Positions 12,549 to 24,684 of a DNA stretch of 64,000 bases are shown here, piece after piece. The translations under genes were made by a program, and so were the position numbers. Each line of letters starts with the position of its first letter. Within the stretch, counting starts at the first letter, position 1. This stretch comes from Marsupella aquatica (lineage: Eukaryota; Plantae; Marchantiophyta): contig OZ316896.1 in NCBI GenBank assembly GCA_973895155.1, positions 15,810,576-15,874,575 of the forward strand, read 5' to 3'. The notes beneath the pieces are model-generated. The model saw only the letters and a list, made by a program, of their open reading frames with translations. It had not been told where the DNA came from and did no database searches.

Positions 12549-15500
12549 TCATTGGGGCGTATTAATGCTTGATCCTGCAGTGTGGAGAAGTACTGCCTTG
12601 ATCTCATCAGGGCCCACATTTGCCTCCTTCGATTGCTGCAAGCATACCAATTAGTAAACTGTCAGTTAATAATTAGAGTACCTCAAAATGAGAACAAAAC
12701 CGTGTCAGGTTTTGCGCGCCGCGGAGTCGCTTTGGGTACTGCTTCAGTAATTTCTAGTGTATTTCGTTTCATCGAATCAGACAGAAAGCCGCTAAAGATT
12801 TCGTCATTGAGTCGTCAATAGCATTTCTGATCTTCAGAAGTTTCAGTTGCCTGATCAAATTCGACGTCCATCATTGTCGAGAACGAACCTACCACGAAAG
12901 GCCTTGCGTCTAGATGCAAGGAAAAAGCTAAATGCTTAGATCCTACGAGATAGTTTGTATACCTCTGCCTTGAAGACATCCAGGGCAAAGCCATTGAAAC
13001 AGCTGATAACTGCTTGCTGCACATCAAGTCCAAGTCCATCCAATGCACGCATCGTAGATAGGAGGAGGCCTGGTCTTCTTTGACAAAACATGTGAATGTT
13101 CAGTGCTCTCCCCTCCCGGGTCCTTACTTCAACCTGAGTTTGAAAAACAGTTAAATTTTACATCAGAATGAGGATCACAGTTTTCATCTAGCTGCACACA
13201 GCAGCTGAGTTCTTCGTTGGCATATCAAACACGTTCAGAGACTGGCGGGCAATGCTCTGTCAAAGGGAAGAATTTTGCAAGAGGGCTCACCCTGGCCGGC
13301 TGGGCATCTGGGCTAGGCAGCGAAGATGGAGGTTCTTCCTTCACACGGCTTACTAGATTCGGTACAGGGGGAGGCAAGGCTGGAGGGCTTGGCGGGGGCC
13401 TTTCCACAGGTGTTGCCTCCAGCTCGGTGTGCAGGTCATTGATTCGCTGCAGCAATTCCTTTAAATACTCAATCGCATCTCCTAGTATTGATGCTCGATC
13501 CATCTGTGTACAGTACGAAATCCGTAAAACTTGTTAGCTTGCACCAAGTAGACAGAGAAATGACCATCTGGAAGAGTAATCTGTGAGACAGAACACATTA
13601 GTAGCACCCATTCCTTGTTCCCCCGCAGCCTAAACTAAAGATCACTCTTTTAAACGAACAATCCCTTTCAGCACAAGTAACACGTGTCCAACTGGTTGCC
13701 ACCAGGTGGGTTCATGCAATCGCAGCCTCTAGAAAAGTAGTTCAGTTCTCTGTCACTACCGTATTGGGAAAATTCGGTTGAGCGAATTCCCAAATGCTCA
13801 GGGTGAATTTATCACTTGATAACAGCGTAACAACAGTCAAGTAGCAAAGTACTAGGGTATTCTTTCAAGACAACAAAAGTAGGTAAGGAGTTCCAAATCT
13901 TTGGAGGAACGGTTGTAAAGTAGAGCTTGGCTACATGCAAAGTAAACTTGTTGACCTCATTCAAAATGATGCTTATATGCAACGGTTAAAATACTTTTTC
14001 GCGTTGGTTCAACAAGTGCAGAATGGATCCGCCCCAGACAGGGTCAACACTGTCGGGAACGCGCGCAGTCTTCAAAAAACTTAACAGGGAAAACTGAACA
14101 TCCAGTGGAGATGACTTTGCGCTTAATGAAGGGGAGAAGTTAATGTCGAGAAGATGGCGATGACCAACGAGGCTGAATTATCGTGAGAAGGAGGGGAGCA
14201 CGGAGGACAAACACACCTTGGTGATTTTCGGTACCACCGAACGTAGCATGTAGAGACGATCATTGAGTTTTTTCCGGCGTCTCCGTTCTGCCATCAAGTT
14301 TTTTGCAGGCAACCCTTTCTTTCCTTTTCCCTTTTCCCCGGACAGACCACCACCATGCACCAGTTGCCCGCCAGCGGCACCTCTCTCCATTCCTGTTGTG
14401 TCATCCGTTTCATACAGTACACCAGATCCATCCCCACTCTCATCCATATCGTCATCCTCTTTATCGTCTTCTTGGTCCAGCTGTTGGTCTTCATCGATGC
14501 CGAAATCCACCATGTTATCAGAATCTACGGGTTGAGGTGGTTTCCTGACGTCCTTCATGGACGAGGAGCTCGGTAAGACTGTGTTGCTGTTGTTTCCCTT
14601 AATGTTGGGGCTTTCCTCGTCCGGCATGTCCAAGGAGGAATCATTAGAGGCAGAAGTTACAACTTGAGGGGGAGACTTGATTGTGGGAGAAGGTGCTCCC
14701 CCGGGAACTGAGTGACGAGACGCAGCCCTCTTCTGAAACAGAGTTTGCTGGTGTTGTTTGGTGCCTCCTGCGGAAGGAGAAGCTGTAGCTCCTTCGATTG
14801 CTAACCTGTTCGTGGAGGGGCGGAATGAGGATCTGTCCAAGTTCGAAGGCAGGGAATTATCCTTGTTCCCCCCGATAAGGTTCCTGCTGCTCAAACTCGA
14901 AGCATTATTAAAGCCATCCCCACCTAAACTACCAACAGTACCCATGGCAGGAGATGGAGTACCGAGACCCAGGCTACTGCTGAAGGGCGAATTTCCTCCA
15001 GCATTTGTGAAGCTGTTGTTAATACCGGTGGTGAGAATGCTGCTCAAGTTGCCACCAAAATTGTGGGTGTTAAAGCCACTGTCACCCATGCTGGTGCCAT
15101 TTGGACTAAGATTGTTGAGTAGCACCCCTGTGGAGTTACGGTTTCCGAGTACATTATTACGCACAATGTGCCCAAGGCTGGGTAGAAGGCCTCCCACCAA
15201 ACTATTGCTGTTCCCATTCCCACTCTGAGGTTCGAGCATCGCATTAGTCCCTCCTCCAAGACTCGCCGGCCCCCCACCAGTTTGCCTGCTAAAATTGCTC
15301 ATCAGGGCAATTCCACCACTACCATCAAATGGAAGCCCTCCACCCCCCTCTAAAAAGTTGGAAAGATTGGATCTGTTGTCGAGACCGTTGAAAGGTCTAG
15401 AAATATTCTGGGTCAGGAAAGACTGCAGGTGGGGAGAATCTAGATTGAAGTGAGATGAACCCACATTGTCTGCTTGCTGCTGTGAAGGTAGGGTAGATGC

Positions 15501-16527
15501 GTACGAAAGCTCCTTCATTTCATCCATGAGGGAGTGTTCGGGTGTTGTGTACCAATCTTCGTCCAGGATGCCTTTCGAGAAGCTTGAGCTTGGCGGAAGA
15601 CAGTCCTGCAAAGTACAACGGAGCCACATTACTTTTGCTACATGGAAAGAGAAGAGACTAAGTTCAACTACAATGCCAATGGTAGCATTAATGCTACATT
15701 TCAGTATTACCGCATTTAAAATTCCCGATCACTCCCTAATAACAAATCTCTATGGAAATCCAGCATGCCCTTCAAAGTCGTCCAGCAGAGTGGACTGCCC
15801 CATTCATCTTGTCAAACTAAAAGAGCTAATTTTACGATACAAGGTAAACATACCTCGAGAAAATCTTAGGGCATACCTCTCTCCATGTGACTCCTACGAA
15901 GAATCAGACGCACAGACACCGTGCGAAAAGCAATCACTTAAGCTTCCTTTTGACATGAATCCTGTGAACGCCAACAAAGAATGGATGCGGACTAACCTTC
16001 ATGAGGGAAGGCTCGTTCGACGTTGGGCTGGAGCAGCTAGTTATAGGTCTCCATCTATGGTCATCTTCTAATCCTGGAATCGAACCAGAGCCAGAAATCC
16101 TGTTCAGCCGCACACCCACGTAAGATCCATTAGGCTGGTAATTCGATAATGAACACTGTCTGTGGATCAGAGGGACAGAATTACTTCGGATTACTCCTTC
16201 ATCCTTCGTTCCGACAAGATTTTGATATCGCTGAGAATATTCAAAGCCAACCAGCCAACTACCGTGATGATCTCACCCTCATCAATCGTTGATCACTTCA
16301 AGACCGAAAAGTTCACTGAGGTGGACCCCTCTCGATGACCTTAATGAATCCCGCTGGACTTTAACTTTGTTCATCTCTCCCTCATTGACAAGGCAACAAC
16401 AGACTTTGCACATTGAAATGATCGAGCTCGTGCATTTCATAGAGATTGCTCAGCAGAAATCGGGATACCTTGCAGAAGAGTTGCCAGCCATCCACCCTCC
16501 TCCTCCAGTAGCTCTGGTGGGAGTCAT
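12549..16527 (-). CDS. ICE1: ICE1/SCREAM-like group IIIb bHLH transcription factor with C-terminal ACT-like domain (~673-693 aa)
   Basis: Exons 16469-16527, 15997-16159 (or 15997-16099), 14217-15605, 13291-13503, 12963-13133, 12549-12635, with phases closing. Motifs: N-terminal [24 protein letters not shown], b[56 protein letters not shown], and ACT-like [45 protein letters not shown]. Confidence 0.95.
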
Positions 16528-17629
16528 TTCGCTACGCTGGAAGTGATGTGCCACTTACTGGGCCATGATCACCACTATGATCCCAGCATTGCCTCTCCCA
16601 ACAAGCTCCCTAATTCTCAATCACCTGACCCTCCAGGCTACCAAACTAGGTGAAGCCCCACGTTCAGAGGTCCTTATTTGCACTGGGAAAAATTGGATGG
16701 TCGCTCGGGTATGTAAGCTTAACAAGTCAATGCCGTCATGCCTTCTATTGTTTTAACACTACGTGCGAAGGAAACGAGAGCAGGCTGCCGCCTTGGGACA
16801 GCTTCTAGTGCTGCAGATCGAATAAAATGGAATAGGACCCAGCATTCTACGCTCTAGTGGCTGGATGAGAGTAGGCGCTCATCCATGCTTCTTTCCATTT
16901 ACACTCCTGCCCTTACCTGAAACGATTCTAGGCACCCTTCACGAATTGCTGGACACCCCTTGCTTAGAATGAACTCGCTCTCACCCAACCCCACTCAGCC
17001 CAGACCAACTCTACCAATAAATGCTGTTGCGCTCTTGGGATCTCAGTTTTCGTGTTTTCCTGCGACTGTGCTGTAACGAGTTGTTCATCTGACAACCATG
17101 AACAAAAGGCTGTAAGATACATCCTCGACTCCAAGCCACCCACATTCTTCCTTGATCCACATTCGAGTTCTTGTCTATGCGTCTCACGTTCACACCCAGC
17201 ACACCTTTGTGTCCAGTCCGGTGCCACGCATTCAGTCTCAAGTTCCCCCTCGCCCCCCTACCACTGCAAGTGCTGGCACTCCACTCTGTCTCTCCTGCCA
17301 ACGGTTTACCCTCCAAGAGCGAAACGGCCCAATCTCTGCGCTTTGATGTCAGGACAGGGGTCCAGTCGAAAGCAGTTTCTAGGAGAGAGAGACAGGATGA
17401 GAAAAGAACTTCTGTCTACCTTTCTTGTTTTATTTATTACAGTTAAGTAACGTGCCAGTACGATAGGATTTTATTTACAGGTGGTTCAGGACTACCGTAT
17501 TTCATCAATCTGTCAGTCAGTTATTCTCTCTCACTCATGCACCACTTTAGACAGCCACTCAGCTTTGTTTTCTCTTCGTCTTTCACTCTTCTGCTCCATT
17601 TCCTCCTCTTCCGCGAACTCCTAAACTTA

Positions 17630-18130
17630 CTACAGTACCTCATCTCCGACTCTCCAAGCCACCTCGTCCAAATCTCCATATCTCTCGAGTACAGTACCTC
17701 CTCTCCTCCAACCTCCCTCCATTCCTTTTCCTTCACTCAATACTGTACCTTCATGATCATGATGTACTTCTACTATTGTCCTCCTCTCCAGTTCTCCTCC
17801 TCCAACCCCGTCATTCTGCACTCCTGGTTCATGTCACCGTCACATCAATACATCAATTCATCGCCTCGCATTGTATTTGCCTTCCAGTTGGGCAGCTCGA
17901 GAGCATAGCGAGGAATGGTAAAGTACACAGGACAGAGCAAGGCAAACGAAAGCATCCAGAGCAGAGGAAGGCAGAGTAATAAAAGTACAAAGAGCAAGGC
18001 AGAGGAAGGTATACAGAGTGACGGACCACAGAGTACTACGTAGTCCTACTCTACAGATCATACCGAAAACTGCTGTCACACAGTACGACCGTAGTGCAGT
18101 ACTGTACGGTGGTGGGGGAAATGTACTTTA
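17630..18130. promoter_or_regulatory. Cluster of GTAC cores (SBP/SPL-type sites) upstream of ICE1
   Basis: About 12 GTAC counted by eye in ~500 bp, against roughly 2 expected for a random 4-mer. Confidence 0.45.
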
Positions 18131-19757
18131 CCGAAGGACAGTCCTTTGCTTGCAAGGAGATTCAGAAAGGACAAATCAGTTACACGGCCAAATTTAGATG
18201 TAGCGGGGCCCACTCAATACATCCCATCACGGCGCATCTTCCCCCAACTCGATGCTTCGAATCATCACAGATTTACAGTCTTTACAAAATCGGTGACTAG
18301 GGGCCTCTGTAATCATCGAAATCATTTTCACGCATTACTACGAGCAGCTTGATTGTTTTTCTTAGGGCCCTTTCCCCTTTTTTTACTCCCTTCATTGGGT
18401 TGCTTTGTAATGGGGATCATGTCTCCAGATTCTACATTTTTTCGCTCTTGAGCACTGTGATAAAGCTTGATTATCTTTTCCTTGAACGTAAATAGTGACT
18501 AAACACCCTAAAAATTCCTAACAAATTAAAATTCGAAAATAAAGATGAAGACAAGAAAAAACTTGAAAAAAAGGGATACTATGCTATTTTTGTGTTTGCC
18601 CTCATTTTTAGTTTTGTCCAATCTCATTTTAGTTTTTATTTAGAATCATTATCAGTTTTGTTCTTAATTAGAGTCAATGTCAATTTGTTCATTTTTTCAC
18701 TATCCCTGTTATTTGCCCACCCTCACTTTCAGTTTGGTCATTATTAAGAGTTATAGTCTAGACTCTGCCCTTCAAGGTAGCTTTGGATCACGCTTTATTA
18801 GTAAGATTGTTGTGCGATTATCACTCTTGAATGATTGATTTAATTAAATGCAAGGTAGAAGCAAAAATGTCCAGGGCTTCCAAAATTGTGTGCTGGAATA
18901 GACTTGAGAAAAGATCCCATGCACTACAGTTGGCTCTGTCTAAGTGCACCGTCCATAAGCACATTACCTGGTTAAGTGCAGGGCATCCTCTTCTTCCCTT
19001 TTATTTTACATGGAATCAGGGCTTTTTAATCATCTTTTCTAAGTGCACAAGACTTGAAATCATTTCGCTGAACAACAACTTTGTAAGCGCTTACCCAGTT
19101 ACCATTGATAAGCCTATATAAGCGTCAGTGATACACAATCCCATAAAATTGCATGCCTATTCTTAGTAGAGTTCAATCACTTAGGGGTTTTGGGCACACA
19201 ATTTACGGCAGGAATACTAGGCCCTAGGCTGCTCATTGACAGAGAGGCTCATTACACATTTAACAAAGAGATATAAGTCATGTACACTTATCAAGAAGTG
19301 CGCTTTTTTTTGGGGGGGGGGTGTGCAAGTATGGCTCTCGGACTATTGATTAAAATGCATATTGGATAAAAAATGTCAATTTTTTGGAAATTGTATGGTA
19401 GACTAAGATTTTGGAATAATCTCATGCACTACTGCAAATATAGCATGTTATCCTGGAGAGCATGTGCATTCTTCATTGTTTGTCTTGGATCGATGTGTAA
19501 GTGACTCTTTCTTTAGGATAAGATACAAGTGTTAAAATAAAATACATGGAAAGAAATTATAATCGTTAAGAATGAGTGGGATAAATACAAGAGTAGATGC
19601 AAAGATTTGTACATAGGAAAGCAAGGTCTATTGTACAAGGTACTAGGTGGTGCACATAAGGTACCGATCTTCAATTACCTTACTCACGACACACAATTCA
19701 ATCAGAAGTATGAAAGAAAACCAGGAGAGTAACTTAAGACATGAGGTGTTCACATTG

Positions 19758-20136
19758 TTAAGAATTATTTCTCTCACCATGATAAGCGATAAAGCTTCTC
19801 TCAAGTGATAGAAAGTCATTGAAAGGGATTGGATTCACACTATTGAAATCCAAAATTAGTAGGAAAGTAGAAACAAAAGCCCAGATGGACCTAGACATTG
19901 TCCCTGCCCGTCCCCATGGACTGCTAAAGTGATTGTCGCAAAGAAAAAGGAACCGGTCGCGGATCGGAGTCGACAACTTGATACCTTGGAAATAATATAG
20001 TCAAGACGTCATGGTGATCCTGAGTGACAGCATCTTTTAGGTTCAAGGTCATCAAGTCATCAAGTTTCCAAGCAAACTGGTTTGATAATGTAAATGAAAT
20101 GGGTTGCAAATGGGAAGGAGACCGTTTACAGATCAC
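19758..20136 (-). mobile_element. Degenerate L1-type LINE ORF2 C-terminal fragment
   Basis: Frameshifted peptides include IRDRFLFLCDNHFSSPW...SIWAFV, which resembles the zf-RVT HLFxxC...W region. Similarity is weak. Confidence 0.3.
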
Positions 20137-22576
20137 ATTTCAATCTAAAGTGTAAATAGTGTTATCTGAATCAGTTTGAATGTTCTAAGCAAGTCCATCC
20201 AAGCTTTACCGGTCCATTTGGGCTTCATAGACAAAGTGGAGGTCCATCCGGGCTTCAGTTTTAGGAAAGTAATTAGGGTCCCAAAATTAATTCAAAATCT
20301 AAATAATATAAATGATGCACTTTGTTCAGGTACATTGAAATAAAAATATACTACATAAATATGAATAAGACAAATATAAAGATGGATTCACCATTATAGC
20401 AACATCAAAATTTGGATTTTTTTGTGAGCATCGCGCTCTATGGATTGATTTGAATGCACAATGTAATAAAAATGTCCAGGGAATCAAAATTTGTGTTGTC
20501 AATTATAAATTTAGAAAACAAATCCCAATACCCTGCTGCAGTTATTGTTTTGCAAACATGACCCTCGATTGATTGATTTAAATACACGGTAAAACCCAAA
20601 ATGTCCATGGATCCAAAAATTGTGGGGTCAAGTAGTATTGTGCTACAAGGCAATTTAGAAATTGGACCCTCTTAACTTAACAACATCTTTTGATCATTCT
20701 TTAAAACAGAAAGTATTTTTCGATGCCATTCTTTGTCCAACTGGCAAAATAGCTACTTTAAATTTTGACTCCAACACCCAAGAATTTAACATAAGATATG
20801 GTTTTTCACACGCAGTGAAACGAGTACTATGGCACCTGTCTACCTTATTCAAGAACTGTGCTTTAAACCACCACTGGCAGCAGTGTCCAAAACTTCTCAC
20901 TTTTTCACATGAATCTCCTCTACCATGAGACTTTGCTCCACAATTTTGGGGAAAAACACTAAAAATGGTGAAATATGTGTAATCACATTTTTGTCTTGGC
21001 TAGTGGCTGTTTAAGGACACACAAGTGTGTTTGACCTCTACGAGTTTCTCAGAGGCTACCAAGACGCTGGTCGCAAGCCGCAATTTTTTTTTCAAATTTT
21101 CTGTTCAACTCAAAACAATCCAACTATCTGCAATGAAATCCCGTCACGGGGACTAAACTTTGATTGATATATGTAAGAAATCTTAACAGAAGCTCTCATA
21201 ATGAGCTTAAGGGAAGAAAAAAGAATACTTCAACCTGTGAGCAATTCAAAGATAATTGTCTAAATCATACCTTGGACTGGCAGGCAATGAATTGCTAAAA
21301 ATACTACAGCAGTGAATTGCTAAAAATCATGAACAATAATGTACTCTAGAATACACAGTGAGCTGTTGTAGTACTCACTGTGAATTCATGAATATAAAAA
21401 TGGTACATGCTACCCTAATATAAATAAACCCTTGAATATAAAATGTATGTGTCATATCCTATCCTATATAGTATAACTGGCCTTAAGCGTCATCGGGGTC
21501 CAAATTTGTCTCTCAACCCTAAAACAAGTCAAACCGTGCATTAAGACAAAACGTTTGGGCAAACTCTCTTTGACTATACTCTTTGTCATTTGTGACCACT
21601 TCCATACAAAGTCAGAATTGCCCTTGTCAACACGACCATTTCTCAATGATTTCCATTATCTAAACAAATAATCAATCAAATTGGTAAATAACCTGTCTTG
21701 ATCTCAAAACTCTCAAGACCATTGTCTTGCATCAAGCTCAACAGTTGTTAGCAAGTAGGTCAATCGATAAAGCCTCCTAGGCCCACATGGCTTTGCCAAA
21801 AGCAAAAGCTAAGGTCAACATCACTGTTTGTCAATGGTTGACCACCCTCCCTTCTAGACATGCCCATGACCCAAAGTTTAGTTTGTCACAAGCTTGTAGT
21901 AACACCCCGGTTTTTGGCTATTTGATTCCTAGCTCTTGGCCACCTCTTGGCAGAACCCTTTATGCTCAAGCTCTTATTATGTATCCGTTCTATATTGCGA
22001 CGACATCCCCTTGGGTTTACTTGGTTCTACCTCCCAACATCAGGCTCTCATAAGAACTAGATGCGGTTTGGTCATTGTTCAACTTTGGATAGGCAAGAAA
22101 AATTCCCCCATTGCAAGCCTTAAAACCAAAACCATCCAATGCACAATTAGAGAGCACCATGAGGTATATTTCTTTATTAGATTTCCAACGAGCCCAAACA
22201 CTCCTCCAACAGAAGTCCAGTCACCAAGTTATGTATGATTTCGCTCTAAAACTCAGAACGACATATCTTTGTTGATCGCGATCAGCTCGATCTCAAACTC
22301 GAGAGAATCACTCCCCTTATGTATGCTTGTAGAGACTTGCCACCCTCGGACCAGCTTTGGTCCCCTATCTTTGGCCCCCTACTCAAGGATCAATGGGCCC
22401 CGCCACATAGATTGGATCACATGAGTAACTGCTCTTGGGCTATAGGGATGGTAGTGGCTGGAAGCTTTACAATTGGGTGAAGACTATAGAAGTTGTAGTC
22501 TACATCACATAGGAAAGTATCAAACCTCAATTAATTATTCCATCTGACTCACGAAGAACAAGTTGTTCCCCTATAG

Positions 22577-23325
22577 TTAGTTTGGCCTTACTAAGGTTAG
22601 TTAAGGCCCACACATCTTAGCCTTGGGAAGGAGAACATTTTTTCCCTCATTCTTCACATGTACTATCATATATTATGGATCCTTCAGGAGTTTCTTCATG
22701 TGCTCGTGGTGTCTCATCGGTGTAGTTTATGATTGAGTGTACTCTCATGTTCCGCATTTACTATCTAGTCTAAGCTAACGGTTTTGCACAAGTGATATGA
22801 GAGCTTTGTGTTTGACGTCTGGTTGATTGGGCCAAAATGAAGACTATGTAGATATGTTACTTTGTTATATATTGTGTATGACTTATTGTGTGAACTAGAC
22901 CCTAATGTTCTTATAAATATCAAAATTTGATTTAAAAGACTTTATTGTTCTTCTCAAAAAAAATTTAAGTCTTCCCTTTGAACCAATAAAATGACCTTAT
23001 GTTTCGTCGCACGTGATGTGCCATTTTTGTAGAAGTGAAACCCCCGAGGACTCAAGTTCATGACTTTAATTAGTTTGGCCTTACTAGTAGGGTTAGTTAA
23101 CTCTTTATTACATTAGGATAAGATTGATTTAATTTAGGTCCAAACAACTCAACCCCCTTGGGGAGTATAGGTTGGAGGGAGAACATTCTCTCCCTCATTA
23201 TTCACATGTATTCTCATATGCTATAGATCCTTCAGGAGTTTCTCCTTGTATTTGTGGTGTCTCAATGGTGTAGTGTATGATAGAGCGTACTCTCATGTTC
23301 CACAATTTTGCTATTTAGTCTAAGC
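22577..23325. repeat. Two diverged direct copies of a ~200-250 bp repeat (22577-22775 and 23070-23325)
   Basis: Both copies share TTAGTTTGGCCTTACTA, GAGAACATT..TCCCTCATT.TTCACATGTA, GATCCTTCAGGAGTTTCT, TACTCTCATGTTCC and TAGTCTAAGC. Confidence 0.8.
22959..23046. repeat. Dispersed ~90-bp repeat, with an inverted copy at 37246-37333
   Basis: AAATTTAAGTCTTCC...AACCAATAAAATGACCTTAT...TCGTCGCACGTGA...GAAGTGAAACCCCC matches the reverse complement of 37246-37333. Confidence 0.8.
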
Positions 23326-23650
23326 CGGCAATTACTTTAATTTATAGAGATATAGATAAACAATTTGTAGATGCACCAGGTGCATTTTTCCTAGTCCTAC
23401 CTGCTATTATGGCCTAATAAATATACCCCAAAAATTTCCCCAGTAATTTAAAAATATAGCTCTCTTACTTATTTTCAGCAGTATATTGAGAAATATTTGA
23501 ACTTTAAAAATACTCATTCTAGAAGATAAACATACTTGTTCTCCTTTAAAATGTTTATTTTTGTTAATGAGTACATCCACCCTGCAAGGTACACTGAATG
23601 GTTCACAAATTTATCAAAAATACTTGTAAGATTCATGATTGAAATAAATA

Positions 23651-23903
23651 TGGTGTAACCAATTGGCTAGGGGATTTGCCTGGAACTGAGAGGTCCCATG
23701 TTCAATCCACCCTCCACACATTGGGCTGTGGAGAGTACATGTGTGTGGGTGGGATGGGTTTTGCAGTTTTAGGGTCCCTAAACCCTAAACCCTAAAAGAC
23801 CAACCGTTCGATTGATAGGAGTTGCGGGTGGTGTGTACTAAGAATAGGGACATACTCAAGGCAAGCTGGTGGTTCATGCACAACTCGGACTTCCTTATTT
23901 AAA
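23651..23903 (+). mobile_element. tRNA-derived SINE-like relic with an internal (CCCTAAA)3 telomeric tract
   Basis: A-box-like TGGTGTAACCAATTGG and B-box GTTCAATCC at tRNA-like spacing, but no acceptor stem. CCCTAAACCCTAAACCCTAAA at 23776-23796. The 3' end is approximate. Confidence 0.45.
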
Positions 23904-24355
23904 GTTGCAATGATCTAACCATGAAATTCTGAAAGGATATTCATCAATGTAGCCAGCATCAGGATCCATTTTGAAGTCCCTGCATCATTTCCACCTACAT
24001 AAATTTTAAGTTGCAGCTACTCTATTGGGATTTCATTTCCATTAGCCTTTTCCCACAAGTCAGTTTGATCGTTGTTCTGTGTTTCAGATCCTAACACGTG
24101 CTTCCTGTCCTTACAATTTGCTTCGCATATGGGTGATGGATCCACAGCATATCCGTGGACAGATGCAGTGTTGTGCGACTGTAGTCTTCATCTCTTCCCA
24201 ATTACAAATACATAGAAACATACGACCTCCATTGACAAAGATATGATAGGTAGTGGGTCTATTTACAATGCTAGGGCAATAAAGCCTCTGCAAGTATACT
24301 TTCGAATAGAATCAGGTACAGATGCTACTGAAAGGAGAACCACATCTCACTCATG

Positions 24356-24684
24356 CCCGGTTTGACCTTGCCCGTCAAACTGGGCGAAAATGGCCGGCAA
24401 ATGGGCTACCTGGCACCCGGGCTCGGGAGTAGTCCGGGAGGGGTGGGTTCGGGTTTTGGGGGGGTGGGTTCGGGGGCGCTCTGGGGGCGCTCCGGGGGGG
24501 GGTGTTTCGGGGGGGTCCGGGGGGGAAGTTCGGGTTAGGGGTCTGGCCGGGGAGAGGCGGTCCGGGTTCAGGTGAGTTTGGGAAAATCTTTTCGAATATC
24601 CGTCAAATTGATCGTTTTTGGACCATCATTTGACGATTTGTCGTGCCCGACAAGGCATCAAGATGCCCGTCAGGTTAAACCGGG
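24356..24684 (+). mobile_element. Non-autonomous DNA transposon, copy 1 (329 bp, G-rich + strand)
   Basis: TIR CCCGGTTTGACC / GGTTAAACCGGG. Perfect 8-bp TSD CACTCATG at 24348-24355 and 24685-24692. Confidence 0.92.

Noticed and set aside
14263-16071. Plus-strand ORFs over ICE1, and similar antisense ORFs over TRAPPC10, NEMF and PRMT10
   Set aside because: Antisense shadows of real exons with no recognisable motifs.
15997-16285. Non-AUG (GTG/CTG) N-terminal extension of ICE1, or regulation by the overlapping MDLTWVCG* mini-ORF
   Set aside because: An upstream ATG exon (16469-16527) splices in frame and supplies the conserved GGGGWM motif, so no non-AUG start is needed.
20438-20928. Possible viral or captured gene fragment (also 23900-25470, 34460-35600, 53400-54400)
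   Set aside because: The frames I translated gave nothing recognisable and many stops. BLASTX would be needed, so no call is made.
23651-23720. Functional tRNA gene
   Set aside because: Acceptor and anticodon stems do not pair; treated as a SINE-like relic.
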